Origin: an uncultured delta proteobacterium
Lineage (GTDB): Bacteria > Desulfobacterota > Binatia > UBA9968
NCBI GenBank assembly: GCA_963737905.1
Contig: CAVTUQ010000002.1
Coordinates: forward strand, 256,001-320,000
DNA length: 64,000 nucleotides
Direction of reading: 5' to 3'
Shown here: piece by piece, positions 38,316 through 49,041 of the stretch
How positions within the stretch are numbered: the first letter of the stretch is position 1
Layout of the letters: the number at the start of each line of letters is the position of its first letter
Made by a program: the position numbers and the translations under genes
Notes under the pieces: model-generated
Databases searched by the model: none
Seen by the model: only the letters and a program-made list of their open reading frames with translations
What the model was told of the DNA's origin: nothing

Positions 38316-38699
38316 TCATGGGTTGGGTGAAGGCAGCAAGTTTTGCCCGCGGCCCGGTCTCTCAGCAAGAAAATTGTAATCGCACGTATCACAAATAATT
38401 GCTGATATCGGGAGTTGCTCGGTACAGTTCGGGCATGGCTTCAGCTCCGGACTTCGTTGCCTCCCAAAAAGGCGACCGGAAGCGCGCCTATTGATACCGG
38501 TGCCCCGGGCGCGAACGGATTTGAGAAAGCGCCGTTTTCTTTTCACTATCCTCGCCGCGAAAAAAACGAGTGTCAATACCAATGCAGTAAGAAGTATATT
38601 CAGGCCTTCGGCTCTCATGAGGGTGTTACCATACGTCAATACGAGATTCGTTAGGTTTGAAAGATTTTCCACCATGGCTTCGTCCATCAGGTTCACCAC
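38316..38699 (-). CDS. Hypothetical membrane protein with a C-terminal zinc ribbon
   Basis: One TM helix, a basic linker and CPNC-x10-CDTC. Confidence 0.65.
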   Translation of the reverse strand: MVNLMDEAMVENLSNLTNLVLTYGNTLMRAEGLNILLTALVLTLVFFAARIVKRKRRFLKSVRARGTGINRRASGRLFGRQRSPELKPCPNCTEQLPISAIICDTCDYNFLAERPGRGQNLLPSPNP

Positions 38700-38712
38700 C
38701 TAGCCGATGTAA

Positions 38713-38728
38713 AGCAACAGGAGGGCCC
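38713..38728 (-). promoter_or_regulatory. Possible sigma-54 promoter
   Basis: The minus strand reads GGGCCC-TCCTG-TTGCT (GG-N10-GC spacing), immediately upstream of the zinc-ribbon gene. Confidence 0.35.
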
Positions 38729-38967
38729 AAGCCTAACGTGCACTGTTTACTTAGGAATGGCATCAATGTCTGCAAATGCTCCAATCCCGTCGATTAGCGA
38801 ACCGCCTCAATTCTCCTCAAGGATGGAACAACGGGTGTTTAAGCCCGGACGGCCTAGAACCGTTTAATAGAGATGTTTGCGGCGTCTTTGAATCCCCCTT
38901 GCACCTTTGCACAATTTTATCGGGAACCCGAAAAAGACCAATTTGCTGGACGCTTCCGCGCAGGCGC

Positions 38968-41900
38968 TTACACGCGCATTAACAGCGCCGACACGCGCGC
39001 CCCGTTGGCTGCCCGAATCGCCGCTGCATACATCCCGACTTGCCGTCGATAAGCCAGCTCGTTCTCACGGAACTCTTCATCGGTCTTGAAATCTATCACC
39101 GTCCAGCACTCATCATGCTCGAAGGCGAGATCGACTACACCCTCGATGAGCAACCCGTCGGGATCGCGCCACGCAACGGGCGCTTCACGACGACACCGGC
39201 CTTTTTGCGCGGCCTGGCGCGCATCGGCGAAAATCGCATGCGCCAGCGCGGCCCGCACGGCTTCCGCGGCGCCAGCAATCTCTTCTGGAACAGCACCCAG
39301 GATGCGGCCGTGAATGGTCGCAAGACTTTGGATCGCGTCGGGCATCGCCATCCAGCGGCACGCTCGCGAAAACCGCGTGCACCAGCGCGCCGAATCGACG
39401 GCCCGACGGCCGGTTGGCCGCGCGTGGCAATTGAACGATTTCCACGGGCGGGAGCTTCGAGTCCGGAACTCCGTCGCCGGCGGTCTTCGCTATCTGAGTT
39501 ACAGTTCGCACTGCCACTGAGTTCTGACTACCAGCGGCAATCGCCTGCTGGCGCCGCTGGCGCCATGAATGGTATTCGGCAAGACCCGATTCGACGATAT
39601 CCGGCGCGACGTCTTTGACGATCAGCTCCGGCCGGCGGATCCCGAGCGGCGCCTCCGCGCCAAGCTTCAGAGCGCGGGGATCCCACCAGACCACGGAGAA
39701 CTCGATGTCAGAGGAATCCAGTCTACGGACGTGCAGTCCGGGAGAAACCGTGCTCGTTCCGGCGCTGCCGCCGGGACGGACCAGTACCGAATCTTTCGAT
39801 TTGAACTCCGGGCAGCCGGGCGCTTGAACCTGCTGCCGCCGCACTTCTTTGGGCGGATAGACCGATTTGTTCAGCGGCTGGATCCAGCCTTCTCTTTCTT
39901 CGTCGCCCACGCCGGGAACCACCAGCAAGTCCCGAGCGCGGGTTGCGGCCACGTACGCCACCCGCATGCCCTCCGCCTCATCGCGCAGCAATTCCTCGCT
40001 TTCGTGTTCAATTAAATCAGCCGGCGCACATCCGGCAAGTCGGATCGCGCACACCCGGCGCTCGGCATCGATGCTGCGGCTGGCCGCGGAGGCGCGCAGT
40101 CTCGCCGTAATGTCGGCGAGGATCACGATGGGGAATTCCAGACCTTTGGCTTTATGCACCGTCATCAGCCGCACCCCATCGCTGCCCTCCTCGAGGATCG
40201 GTGCTTCCCCGGCTTCGCCGCTCTCGGCCTGTGCGCGCAGCTCGTCGATAAAGCCGCGAAACGAAAGGCCACCTTCGGCTTCGTAGCGGCGCGCCAGATC
40301 ACCCACGTGCGCAACATTGGCGAGCACCTGCTCGCCACCGTGCTCGAGGGCAAAGCCGACGTGAGCTCGGGTGGCATCGAGCAGCGCGGCAATCGTCGCC
40401 GCCACCGGCACCCGATTACGCGAGCGATGGAGCCGCTGCAGCAGTTGCAGGGCTTCGAAAATGGGAGCGAGGTTCGGCGGCAATTCGTTAGGGATGCGAA
40501 ACGGATGAAAATGGCCGGCGCGCTGGCGATACTCCAGCAGTTCTTCGTCGCTAATCGCAAACAGCGAACCGCGCAAGGTCGCAAATACGGACAACTCGTC
40601 TTCGGGCCACTCGATGGCAGCCAGCGCGGCGCGCAAAGTCTCGATCTCCGCGCGATTGTGAAACGATCGGCCGCCCACCAGCAGATGCGGAATCCCGCGC
40701 GCTTCGAGCGCCTCGACGTAGGGCCGCGTCATGTCCTCCTGAAAGCTGACGAACCGGCGAAACAGCAAGCAGATATGGCGCGCCTGGATCGGCACGAGAT
40801 GCTCCGCCTCGCCGGGCCTGAAGCCTCGCGCCGCAGTCGGCGCCAGAGATGATTTCGCCGCTGACGGCCGTTCGGCGACTTTCCAGCCGCTTTCGTTAAC
40901 GAGCCAATCGATAAAGGCGCCGACGGCATCGGGAAGCGACTTCTCGATCGAGACGTTGGAGACCCTTCGGTAGCCGTAAGGCTCGGGCACCGGAAGCACG
41001 ACAACCGACGGCTGTTCTTCGGAATCGCTACGAAACGGCTCGAGCGGCACATACGTTGCCTGCAGACCGTCAGGATCGCCGGTCATGACCGGCTCGAAGG
41101 CGGTATTGATGGCGCGCTGGATGTTCGGCCGCGCGCGAAAACTGGTGCGCAAGGTCACCCTTCGAGCACGCGCGGCCTGCAGCATCTCGTACACACTGCA
41201 ATAAATGCCGACATCGGCGCGCCGGAAACGGTAGATCGACTGCTTCGGGTCACCCACCAAAAAGAGCTTTCCGGGTAGCGGGCGAGTTTTGCGCCAGTCC
41301 GTCGCGGCCGGATCGCCGGCGGCCAGTAGCAACAGGATCTCGGCCTGCAGCGGGTCCGTGTCCTGAAACTCATCTACGAAGATGCGTTTGAAACGCTGTT
41401 GAAAACTTGAGCGCACTTCCGGGTTATCCCGGATAAGATCTCGCGTCTTAAGCAGGAGATCGAGAAAATCGAGGGCGCCGGCCCTGGCCTTTGCAGCTTC
41501 ATACGCCAGGACGCAGCCGCGCAGTTCACCGCGGAGCGCCACGGCAAGGTCGGCATTGGCGTCCGCCTCGAAATCGAGCAGAGCATTTTGCAGGTTTTCG
41601 TAGGCTTGCCAAACGTCCTCGCGCGGCACGCCGCTGCGGTAATTTTTGCCGCTCCCTTTGCGCGCGTCTTTGAAGCTGCGATTGCGGCTGAGCTCGATCA
41701 GGCCCGCCTCGAGTCGATCGTAGTCGCGGCTTGCCACCGATTCGGTGCGACGGATCTCGGCCGCGAGCTTTCTGGCCGCCCAGCTATCCGCGTACAGCGT
41801 GTCATGGGCAGCGCCGGGCGGCTCCAATAAATCGGTGAAGCCATTCAAAAGCTGAACCAGCCCGTCTACCCGCGAAGCACGGTCGAAGGGCGGGCGCTGC

Positions 41901-42505
41901 CAGTCACCGTCGAAATCACGCCACTGGATCAACTCCCGGCCTGCCCGCCGCAACCGATCGATGGGGCCGTCACCGCCCTCCACTTGAGCTCCAAAACCGC
42001 TGAACATCGGGCGGCGAAGCGAGCGCTTCACACCTTCTGGCGGATCAGCGAGCTGGCTTTCCAGCCAATAGTGGAACGCTTCGTCGTACGTGCGCTCCGC
42101 CTGGGCTTCGGTGAGGACGGTAAATAACGGATCGATCCGGGCTTCGACGGGCCGCTCACGAAGCAGATCCGCGCAAAAGCCGTGAATCGTGCTGACCTGT
42201 GCTTCCTCGAGCCTGCCCAGCGCGCCATCGAGCCGGTTGCGTTCCGCGGATCCGCTTGCGGATCCTCCTCTCGCCTCTTCGAGCGCCTCGCGCAAACGGA
42301 GCTTCAGCTCGCCTGCGGCCTTTTCCGTGAAGGTCACGGCAACGATCCCGGTCACTTCGGCTCGCCCGGTTTCGATGACACGCACGATGCGCCGCACCAG
42401 TTCGGTGGTCTTGCCGGTGCCGGCGGCGGCTTCGACTATCAATGTGTCGTCGAGGGCGGTTGAAATCTCGTCGCGATCGGCTTGATCGGCAAGGGCCGGT
42501 TTCAT
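38968..42505 (-). CDS. addA: AddA/AdnB-like UvrD helicase plus C-terminal PD-(D/E)XK nuclease; +1 frameshift near 39341
   Basis: EAAAGTGKT, VTFTEKAA, STIHGFC, VDEFQDTD, VGDPKQSIYRFRRAD, TVHKAKGLEF and YVAATRAR are present. The RecB-like nuclease motifs EGVVDLAF...IDFKTD...QVGMY lie in the shifted frame. The start ATG overlaps the upstream gene's TGA. Confidence 0.9.
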
Positions 42506-45500
42506 GGCTGCCCTCTCAAATGAATCAAGTCGCCGATCTGATCGCGTGATTTGCGTCGCGCCCGTCGCTCCTGGTTCGGACCGCACACCGGCAGGAAATT
42601 GCAAAACGAACAAGCTCTTTCTGCCGGGGCCGGCGGCAGCATGCCCAGCTCCACCGACCGGTCGATAATTTCCAATGCTTCGACGCCCATGTCGCGGCTC
42701 CGCTCATTGATGGGAACATTGTGTTCGGTGAACCCGCCTGCGGTGGTGCAATATGAAAAGCGTGCACTCTCTACGGTGCATCCGGTCGCTGCTTCGACCG
42801 CCAGACTGTAGATCACCGGCTGGAGCTGTTGACCATGGCCAATGATCGATCCGCGCTCCGAGCGATTTTTCGATGTCTTGTGGTCGGTGACTCTAAGAAT
42901 CTTCGTGCCGGTCTTCCGCTCGATGAGATCGATAGCGCCCCGCAAGATGAAGCGGCCGTCGATGGTCACCGGTTCGCGCCGGCTGTTCGGGTCGCGGCCG
43001 GGCGCATCGGGCAGACCGAAGCCAAACTCAAACAGCCAGGGCTCCCATCCGGTGCTCTCGGCGAGGTCCCGGGCCCAAATGTGCAGATCGGTGCGGATAC
43101 CGGCAACTTCGTCCTGCCATACCCGGTCTACTGCCGGCGCGAGCAGCTCGGCGTAGTTTGCCGCGACTCTCGATAAGGTGGCGTCAAGAATCTCGAGCAC
43201 CCGACCCATCGGCGTCGTCGCCAGCGCCATTTTTTGCTGCTGCAAGCCACGAAAGAATTCCGCCAGCACCTCATGAAACAAGCTCCCTTTCGTCAGAGGA
43301 TCCATGCGCTCGAGCGGCTCGGGTTCCTCCAGCGGTTCCAGGCGATAGAGAGCCGACAGCAGGAATCGATAGGGACAGTAAGCGTAATTCTGCAGCGCCG
43401 AGACAGAGTACGGTCGCGCGCCGAGCCGCTGGGACTGGAGAAACGGCCGCGTGGCATCCGTGACCCGGACCAGCCCGTCATACTCCGACCATCGTGGCCG
43501 TCGCTCGCGCCCAACGCTCGCTGGCCGAGCGCCGGACATAATCGTTCAGCCGGAGCAGGTAATGCGCGTGGCCTTTCACGTCTTGATCGCTGCGCATCAA
43601 GAGGCGTAGCACCGACAGGTCATGCTCGAAGTCGTCGATGGCGTCTTCGGGGCGCTGAGGCGCCGGCCATGCGAGGCTCGCATTGGCTTCTTCCGAAGCT
43701 TCGAGCTCGAGCTGTCTGATGGTCGGGGACGCGGCCGGTCACAGCGCGCATGACTTCGAGCGCATAGAACGACGGGACCCGCGCGCGGGCCTCCGCGGTC
43801 TCGATGCGCGGGAACGAGACATACAACCGTTCCGTCGCCACGCCGACCGCGAGGCGCAGCAACAGCCGTTCATGCTCAGCCCGATCGTCTTGCAGGGTTA
43901 GCGCGCCGCCAACTTCGCGCCGGAGATCGTCCAACAGGAGCGGATCTTCCCGGAGCTTTTGCGGGAACAGGCGCTCGGCCAGGCCGGGCACGAATCCGAC
44001 GCGGAATGCGCGGCCGCGAACTTGCTCTGGATTGCAGACCAACACCCGGCCGTACCGATGCGCGGGCGGCTCGACTTCCAGCGCGGCCAGGCGATCGGCG
44101 AGCACGTCGCGCACTTCGGTCAGGCTCACCGGTCCCACAGCAGCCATGGGACGGAGATCGGCAAGCACGCGCAGCACGAATTCGGGGCGCCGAAGCACCT
44201 GCGGCGCAAATTTCTCGAGGCGCTCGATCCAATCGCCCCACGCGGCCTCCTTCGGCCAAGCGGACATCGCTTCGATGAGCGGCAGTGCGAAACTTCGGAG
44301 GTTCGTAAGATTCTGCCGCTCGCGCTCCAGGCGAGGAATGCGCGGGGAATCGGGCTCGTCGGAGGTCAACTCGCGGATCTTTAGGTCGTATTCCGCCGCC
44401 AGCCCATTTAACCGTCGCGTCCAGCGATCGCTGCCACCGATGACTGCGGATTCGACGAGCAAACTTTCCCATTTCCACGGCGCTCTGAGGGTACCGGCCA
44501 CCACAGCCTGGTCGCCATCTATATTAGCGGCGGATTCTTGTTTGTCGTCACCGCCGCCGTCATTAGATTCGTCCGTCGTGCGTTCGGAGAGGATACCGAA
44601 GACGTCGTCGCGTGAAGCCACCCACGTCGCATTGCCGGAACCGGCCGGAGCCTTGGCGGGACCATTCAGCGACGGCACCTGGGCAAGCGAAAGATATTCG
44701 GCGAAGCGTTTGGCGGAGAAATTTTCGACAGCGCAACTCAGCATGGCGAGAAAGGCTCGACCTGTGGGATCAGGACGGCGGGTGCCACGATCGAAGTACG
44801 CGGGGATCCCTGCCCGGGCTAAGGCATGCTCCAACAAGCCGACGTACTGCTGGGTCGAGCGGATGACGATCGCCATCTCGTCGAAGCGGACCCCGCGATC
44901 GGCTTCTTTCAGGATCCGTCGCGCGACCTCGACACATTCGCGCCCTTCGCCGGGCGCCGAAAACCATGCCATTTCACCCGTGCGGGTTCTCTCCGGCGGC
45001 GGCTCTTTTGAAAACAGATAGCGCGCAAGCTGGGTCAGATCGTTCTGGTCGGTTTCCTCTATTTGCTGGAGGCGCACGCCGCGCTTCTCCAACTGGCTCA
45101 GCGCAGATGCGTCGCCTGCCGGTACCGTAATCATTACCTGCGGCGACTGCTGGACGAGCGCCCAGAGAAACTTCGCTTCGGTCTCCGATTCGAAAGGAAC
45201 ATCGAGCAGCAGCAGCGGCATCGGGGGCCAGCCGGTCACCGGCGAGCCCAATGCCCTGGTTGCGGTCTCGAACAACGCAGCCCGATCGCTGGCGCCGGCC
45301 TCGCTGAGGAGCGCGTCAGCGCGATCCAGCAAGGCGGCGAGATCACTTCCGCTGCGCGGCAGTCTGACCAAATCACCGCTGGCTGCAGCGGCAAGTCTCA
45401 AGTCCAAGAGCGTACGCGCCAGCGCTTTCGGAAACCCGGGCGTCTGGGACACGGGCGAGAAATACTGGAGTGCGTCATCGCTGCGCGCCTCGAACGCCGC

Positions 45501-45792
45501 GCGCGTCGCGACCGCTTCATGTCCCAGCGCCGTGGTGGGAGCGCGTTCGCGAGCGGCCAATTCAATAACGGCGAGCCGGGCCGCGAGTTGCGTGAAAGAG
45601 AGTCGATGGAGTCCAAACGCCGCGCCTCTTTCCAGCGCAATCGCGCGCGCGAGATCGTCCACCGAGCCGCGTGAAGCGCCGAGGAGCAGCACCTCCGCGT
45701 CGGGCTCGAACTGATCGAGAAACCGCCGAGCTTCGCCGCAGGCGCACCGCCGCCGACCCCGATTGAACAGCGGTAACAAGAGAATCGTTCAC
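42502..45792 (-). CDS. addB: AddB/AdnA-like inactive-helicase plus PD-(D/E)XK nuclease with Fe-S cysteines; three +1 frameshifts (about 45738, 43715, 43501)
   Basis: The frames join as VNDSLVTAVQSGSAAVRL-GEARRF, PDHQ-QLELEASEEANASLAWPAP and ERWARA-RPRWSEYDG. The C-terminus has SVSALQNYAYCPYRF, RGAIDLIE, TDHKT, Q.VIY and CSFCNFLPVC. Confidence 0.85.
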
Positions 45793-46023
45793 CGTATGTC
45801 GAACAGACTTTGTGCAGACATTTGCGAAACTTGCGATCATCTATCGCATTCGAAGCTTCCTTGTGAAACAGAATAATCTAACACACTCCGGCCCGGTTGG
45901 TCATCTGACGGGAAATCGCATTGTTCTGCTGAGAAACTTGACTCATTGCCGCGAGCAGCGTTATAGGTGCCGAGTTAATTTTGATTGAGCCGACAATACT
46001 TCAACTTTCGGAGGAACGATTAG

Positions 46024-46444
46024 ATGGAATGGAAAGAAGCACTTCCCCTTTTGCAAGGGAATCACACCGCTGTCGCGATCAGCGTCACGCCGAAGGGCAC
46101 GGGCGCAGTCGACCATTGTCTCTACGGCAGTGCTCGACGGTAAGGTCGCGTTCGCATCGCGACCGCGCACCGTAAAGCTCAAGAACATCGAACGGACAGG
46201 CCGAGCGACGGTCACCGTCATCAAGCTCGATACCCGGCGCTACGTCACCGTCGAGGGCCCTGCGTCCATCGAGCCTTGGCAAGATACGTCGGCACACATC
46301 AAGCGTCTGAAGGATCTCTACGTTGGCATGGGCCGAGCCCCCAAGGGCGACGAGGAATTTGCCAAGCAAATGCGGGAGGAACAGCGAAGCCTGGTTCTCG
46401 TCACGCCCGAGCGCGTCTACGGCAGCCTCCGATCAGGCGCCTAA
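46024..46444 (+). CDS. PPOX-class (pyridoxamine 5'-phosphate oxidase-like, F420-type) oxidoreductase; +1 frameshift near 46099
   Basis: A GGAGG RBS precedes MEWKEALPLLQGNHTAVAISVTPKG, which joins RAQSTIVSTAVLDGK...KLKNIER...YVTVEG...MREEQRSLVLVTPERVYG. Confidence 0.8.
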
Positions 46445-46465
46445 CGAGTTGAGTCGTAGATGGTC

Positions 46466-46490
46466 TTGAACGTCTGAAACGATTTGAACG
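46466..46490. repeat. Family A repeat (TTGAAC, 9-nt period)
   Basis: TTGAACGTC TGAAACGAT TTGAACG. Confidence 0.7.
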
Positions 46491-46533
46491 CTCGATGTCG
46501 CTCCGTCGCTGAGTCAACGCAATCCTGGCCGAC

Positions 46534-47640
46534 CTACAACACAACTTTCTGCCGCTGCCCGGTCTGTGAAGCGCGCACGATGGTGTCCAACATCCGGTGG
46601 CGTCGCACCGCGTGATCGAAGTCGGGCTCGATGTTCGAGCCGGTGCGTATCGCTTCGGCAAACTTGACCCACATCTGGCCCACTTCGTAGGCGGGACCGT
46701 CGTTGCGCACGGCTTCCGGCACCCGTTTGAATCGCTCCGGCACGGGCAACTCTTGCAGCGTCTTGTCGTCTTTGTGTCCGCCCCTGAGCTTCCGCTGGTG
46801 CTCCCCGCCGCCCTCGCCGCCGCCGATCATCGACAGCGTGCCCTCCTTGCCGTAGATCTCCAAGCGATGGCCGCTGCCGTGGTACGGATGCACGCCAGTA
46901 TAGGCGTTGACGATGGCGCCGTTTTCGAGCCGGCCCTGAACCACGACGTTGTCGGGCGAGGTGACATCCACGTATTTTTTCGTATCGGTCTCGAACCACT
47001 GCGGCACCTGCGTGCCGACGATGGCGGACACTTCGGTCAACTCGCCGACCACCATGCACATGGCGTCGAGCACGTGCCCGAACGTAATCGTCAGCGTGTT
47101 CGCCCCCAGGGTCACATCACGCTGCCAGGTGCGATCCGAGGGCCGGGTCAGCACACCGCTGCCCATTAGAATCATGTTCACCGCCAGCACCTGTCCGACG
47201 TAGCCTTGCTGGATCAGCTCGCGCATGTACAGATAAGCGGGTGACGCGCGACGCTGCAAGCCGACCATGGTGCGCACGTTTTTCTTGCGCGCCAGCGCTG
47301 CCAGTTCTTCGGCCTCTTTGGTATTCGCGCCGAGAGGCCATTCGCAGAAGACGTGCTTGCCCGCTTCAATGGCGTTTTTGCTAAGCCCATAGTGCGCCGG
47401 CACGCGCACTGCGACTACCACGGCCTCGACCTCCGGATCGGCGTTCAACGCTTTGTCGCTGCCGTACGCGCGCGTCACGCCGAACTTATCGGCCGCTGCC
47501 TGCGCGGTATCCGCATGCGCCGTGCACACGGCATAGAGCTCGGTTTCGGACAGGCCTTTCAGCGCAGGCACATGTGCACGGGGCCCCCATCTGCCGCCTG
47601 CTCCGATGAGGCCTACGCGTAATGGATTGGATTGCGTCAT
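46534..47640 (-). CDS. Gfo/Idh/MocA family oxidoreductase
   Basis: LRVGLIGAG, AHVPAL, AGKHVFCEWPL and VGLQRR. Confidence 0.9.
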   Translation of the reverse strand: MTQSNPLRVGLIGAGGRWGPRAHVPALKGLSETELYAVCTAHADTAQAAADKFGVTRAYGSDKALNADPEVEAVVVAVRVPAHYGLSKNAIEAGKHVFCEWPLGANTKEAEELAALARKKNVRTMVGLQRRASPAYLYMRELIQQGYVGQVLAVNMILMGSGVLTRPSDRTWQRDVTLGANTLTITFGHVLDAMCMVVGELTEVSAIVGTQVPQWFETDTKKYVDVTSPDNVVVQGRLENGAIVNAYTGVHPYHGSGHRLEIYGKEGTLSMIGGGEGGGEHQRKLRGGHKDDKTLQELPVPERFKRVPEAVRNDGPAYEVGQMWVKFAEAIRTGSNIEPDFDHAVRRHRMLDTIVRASQTGQRQKVVL

Positions 47641-47761
47641 TGCTTTCCTCTTCCGGGCTGAGTTTCAAGTCTGGCTTAAACAGTGAATACGCTATCGCTA
47701 AGCCAGCGAGTCGTCAATCGCAATTGCCTGGAACAAGGATTGGTTCACTCCACGATCGCTA

Positions 47762-47794
47762 TGGAACCATTGGAACATTTGGAACGGCTGGAAC
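47762..47794. repeat. Family A repeat variant (TGGAAC x4, 9-nt period)
   Basis: TGGAACCAT TGGAACATT TGGAACGGC TGGAAC. Confidence 0.75.
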
Positions 47795-47813
47795 CACTTG
47801 ATAAGACATAGTT

Positions 47814-48903
47814 ATGGATCTTCCTGTGAACCCGCCGGTTTTGCCGATGCTCGCCAAGCGGGTCGGCGAATTACCCGTAGGCGGAACATGGATCTACGAA
47901 CCGAAATGGGATGGGTTTCGTGCCCTGGTTTTTCGCGACGGGGATGAGATCCTGATCCAGAGTCGCGACGAAAAATCGCTGAACCGCTACTTTCCGGAAC
48001 TGCTCGAGCCGCTCCGCTCCCAGTTGCCCGCTCGCTACGTGCTCGATGGTGAAATCGTCGTCGCAAAGAATAGCGCGCTCGACTTCGATGCCCTGCAGCT
48101 CCGTATTCATCCTGCTCAGTCGCGGGTGAAGCTCCTTTCACAAGAAATCCCGGCATCGATCGTGTTCTTCGATCTGCTCAGCGAGGGGGACCGAGATCTG
48201 CGGGGTATGGCGTTCCAAGATCGTCGACGCATGCTGGAGTCGCTGCTTTCATCCGCAGCGCCGCCCATACACCTGACGCCCGCAACCGACGAATTGAACA
48301 TAGCGGCGGACTGGTTTCGTCGCTTCGAGGGCGCCGGTCTCGACGGCGTCATCGCCAAGCCGGTTTTGGGAACCTACGAACCCAATAAGCGCGTGATGCT
48401 CAAGATCAAGCACGAGCGCGAGTGCGATTGTGTCGTTGCCGGCTTTCGCTGGCATAAAAAAAACGATGCGCAGGGCGGTTGGCTCACTCCTGCTCGGCCT
48501 TTTCGACGACTCCGGCGCGCTGCAGCATGTCGGCGTCTGCGCAAGCTTCACGGAAAAAAAACGCCGCGAGCTCGTAGAATTCCTTGCACCGTACCGCCAG
48601 GACGCTCTCGCCGCTCACCCTTGGAAACATTGGGCCGAGCAAGCACCAGCGAGCGGTGAAGCCGAGCATCGCATGCCTGGTGGCCAGAGCCGCTGGAGCC
48701 AGGGCAAGGACTTGTCCTGGGAGCCGCTACGCCCCGAACTGGTAGTCGAAGTCGCTTACGATCACATGCAGGGCAGCCGCTTCCGTCACACCGCGCAATT
48801 TCGCAGGTGGCGCACGGACAAGAAGCCGAGCGACTGCACGTATGACCAGCTCGAAGTCGTTCCACCCGAAGAGCTGGCGGCGATTTTCACCGGCGGTCGC
48901 TGA
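47814..48903 (+). CDS. ligC: ATP-dependent DNA ligase, LigC type; +1 frameshift near 48474
   Basis: PMLAK, YEPKWDGFR (adenylation Lys), LDGEIV, FDLL and GLDGVIAK are present. The OB domain (AVGSLLLGLFD...LRPELVVEVAYDHMQGSRFRH) lies in the next frame. Confidence 0.88.
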
Positions 48904-48917
48904 CCTCCAAAGTGTCG

Positions 48918-49039
48918 GTTCAAAACGTTCAAGCGTTCAACCGCTGCGCTCCGTTCAAACCGTTTTTCGGAGCCCCCGTGCACGCGGTGGAAGATGAAGA
49001 AGGGGGTTGAACGATTTGAACTGTTTGAACGACTTGAAC
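48918..49039. repeat. Two oppositely oriented family A arrays between the convergent ligC and primase-polymerase genes
   Basis: GTTCAA x4 (48918-48958, with core CCGCTGCGCTCC) and TTGAAC x4 (49007-49039). Confidence 0.85.
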
Positions 49040-49041
49040 CC

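Noticed and set aside
43804-45021. 405-aa + strand ORF and similar R/S/A-rich ORFs across 39-50 kb
   Set aside because: They are antisense to addB/addA, have low-complexity composition and lack an RBS or motifs.
48450-48480. Programmed ribosomal frameshift at the A-run in ligC
   Set aside because: The same +1 pattern appears at six other sites with no shared slippery motif, so assembly error is more parsimonious.
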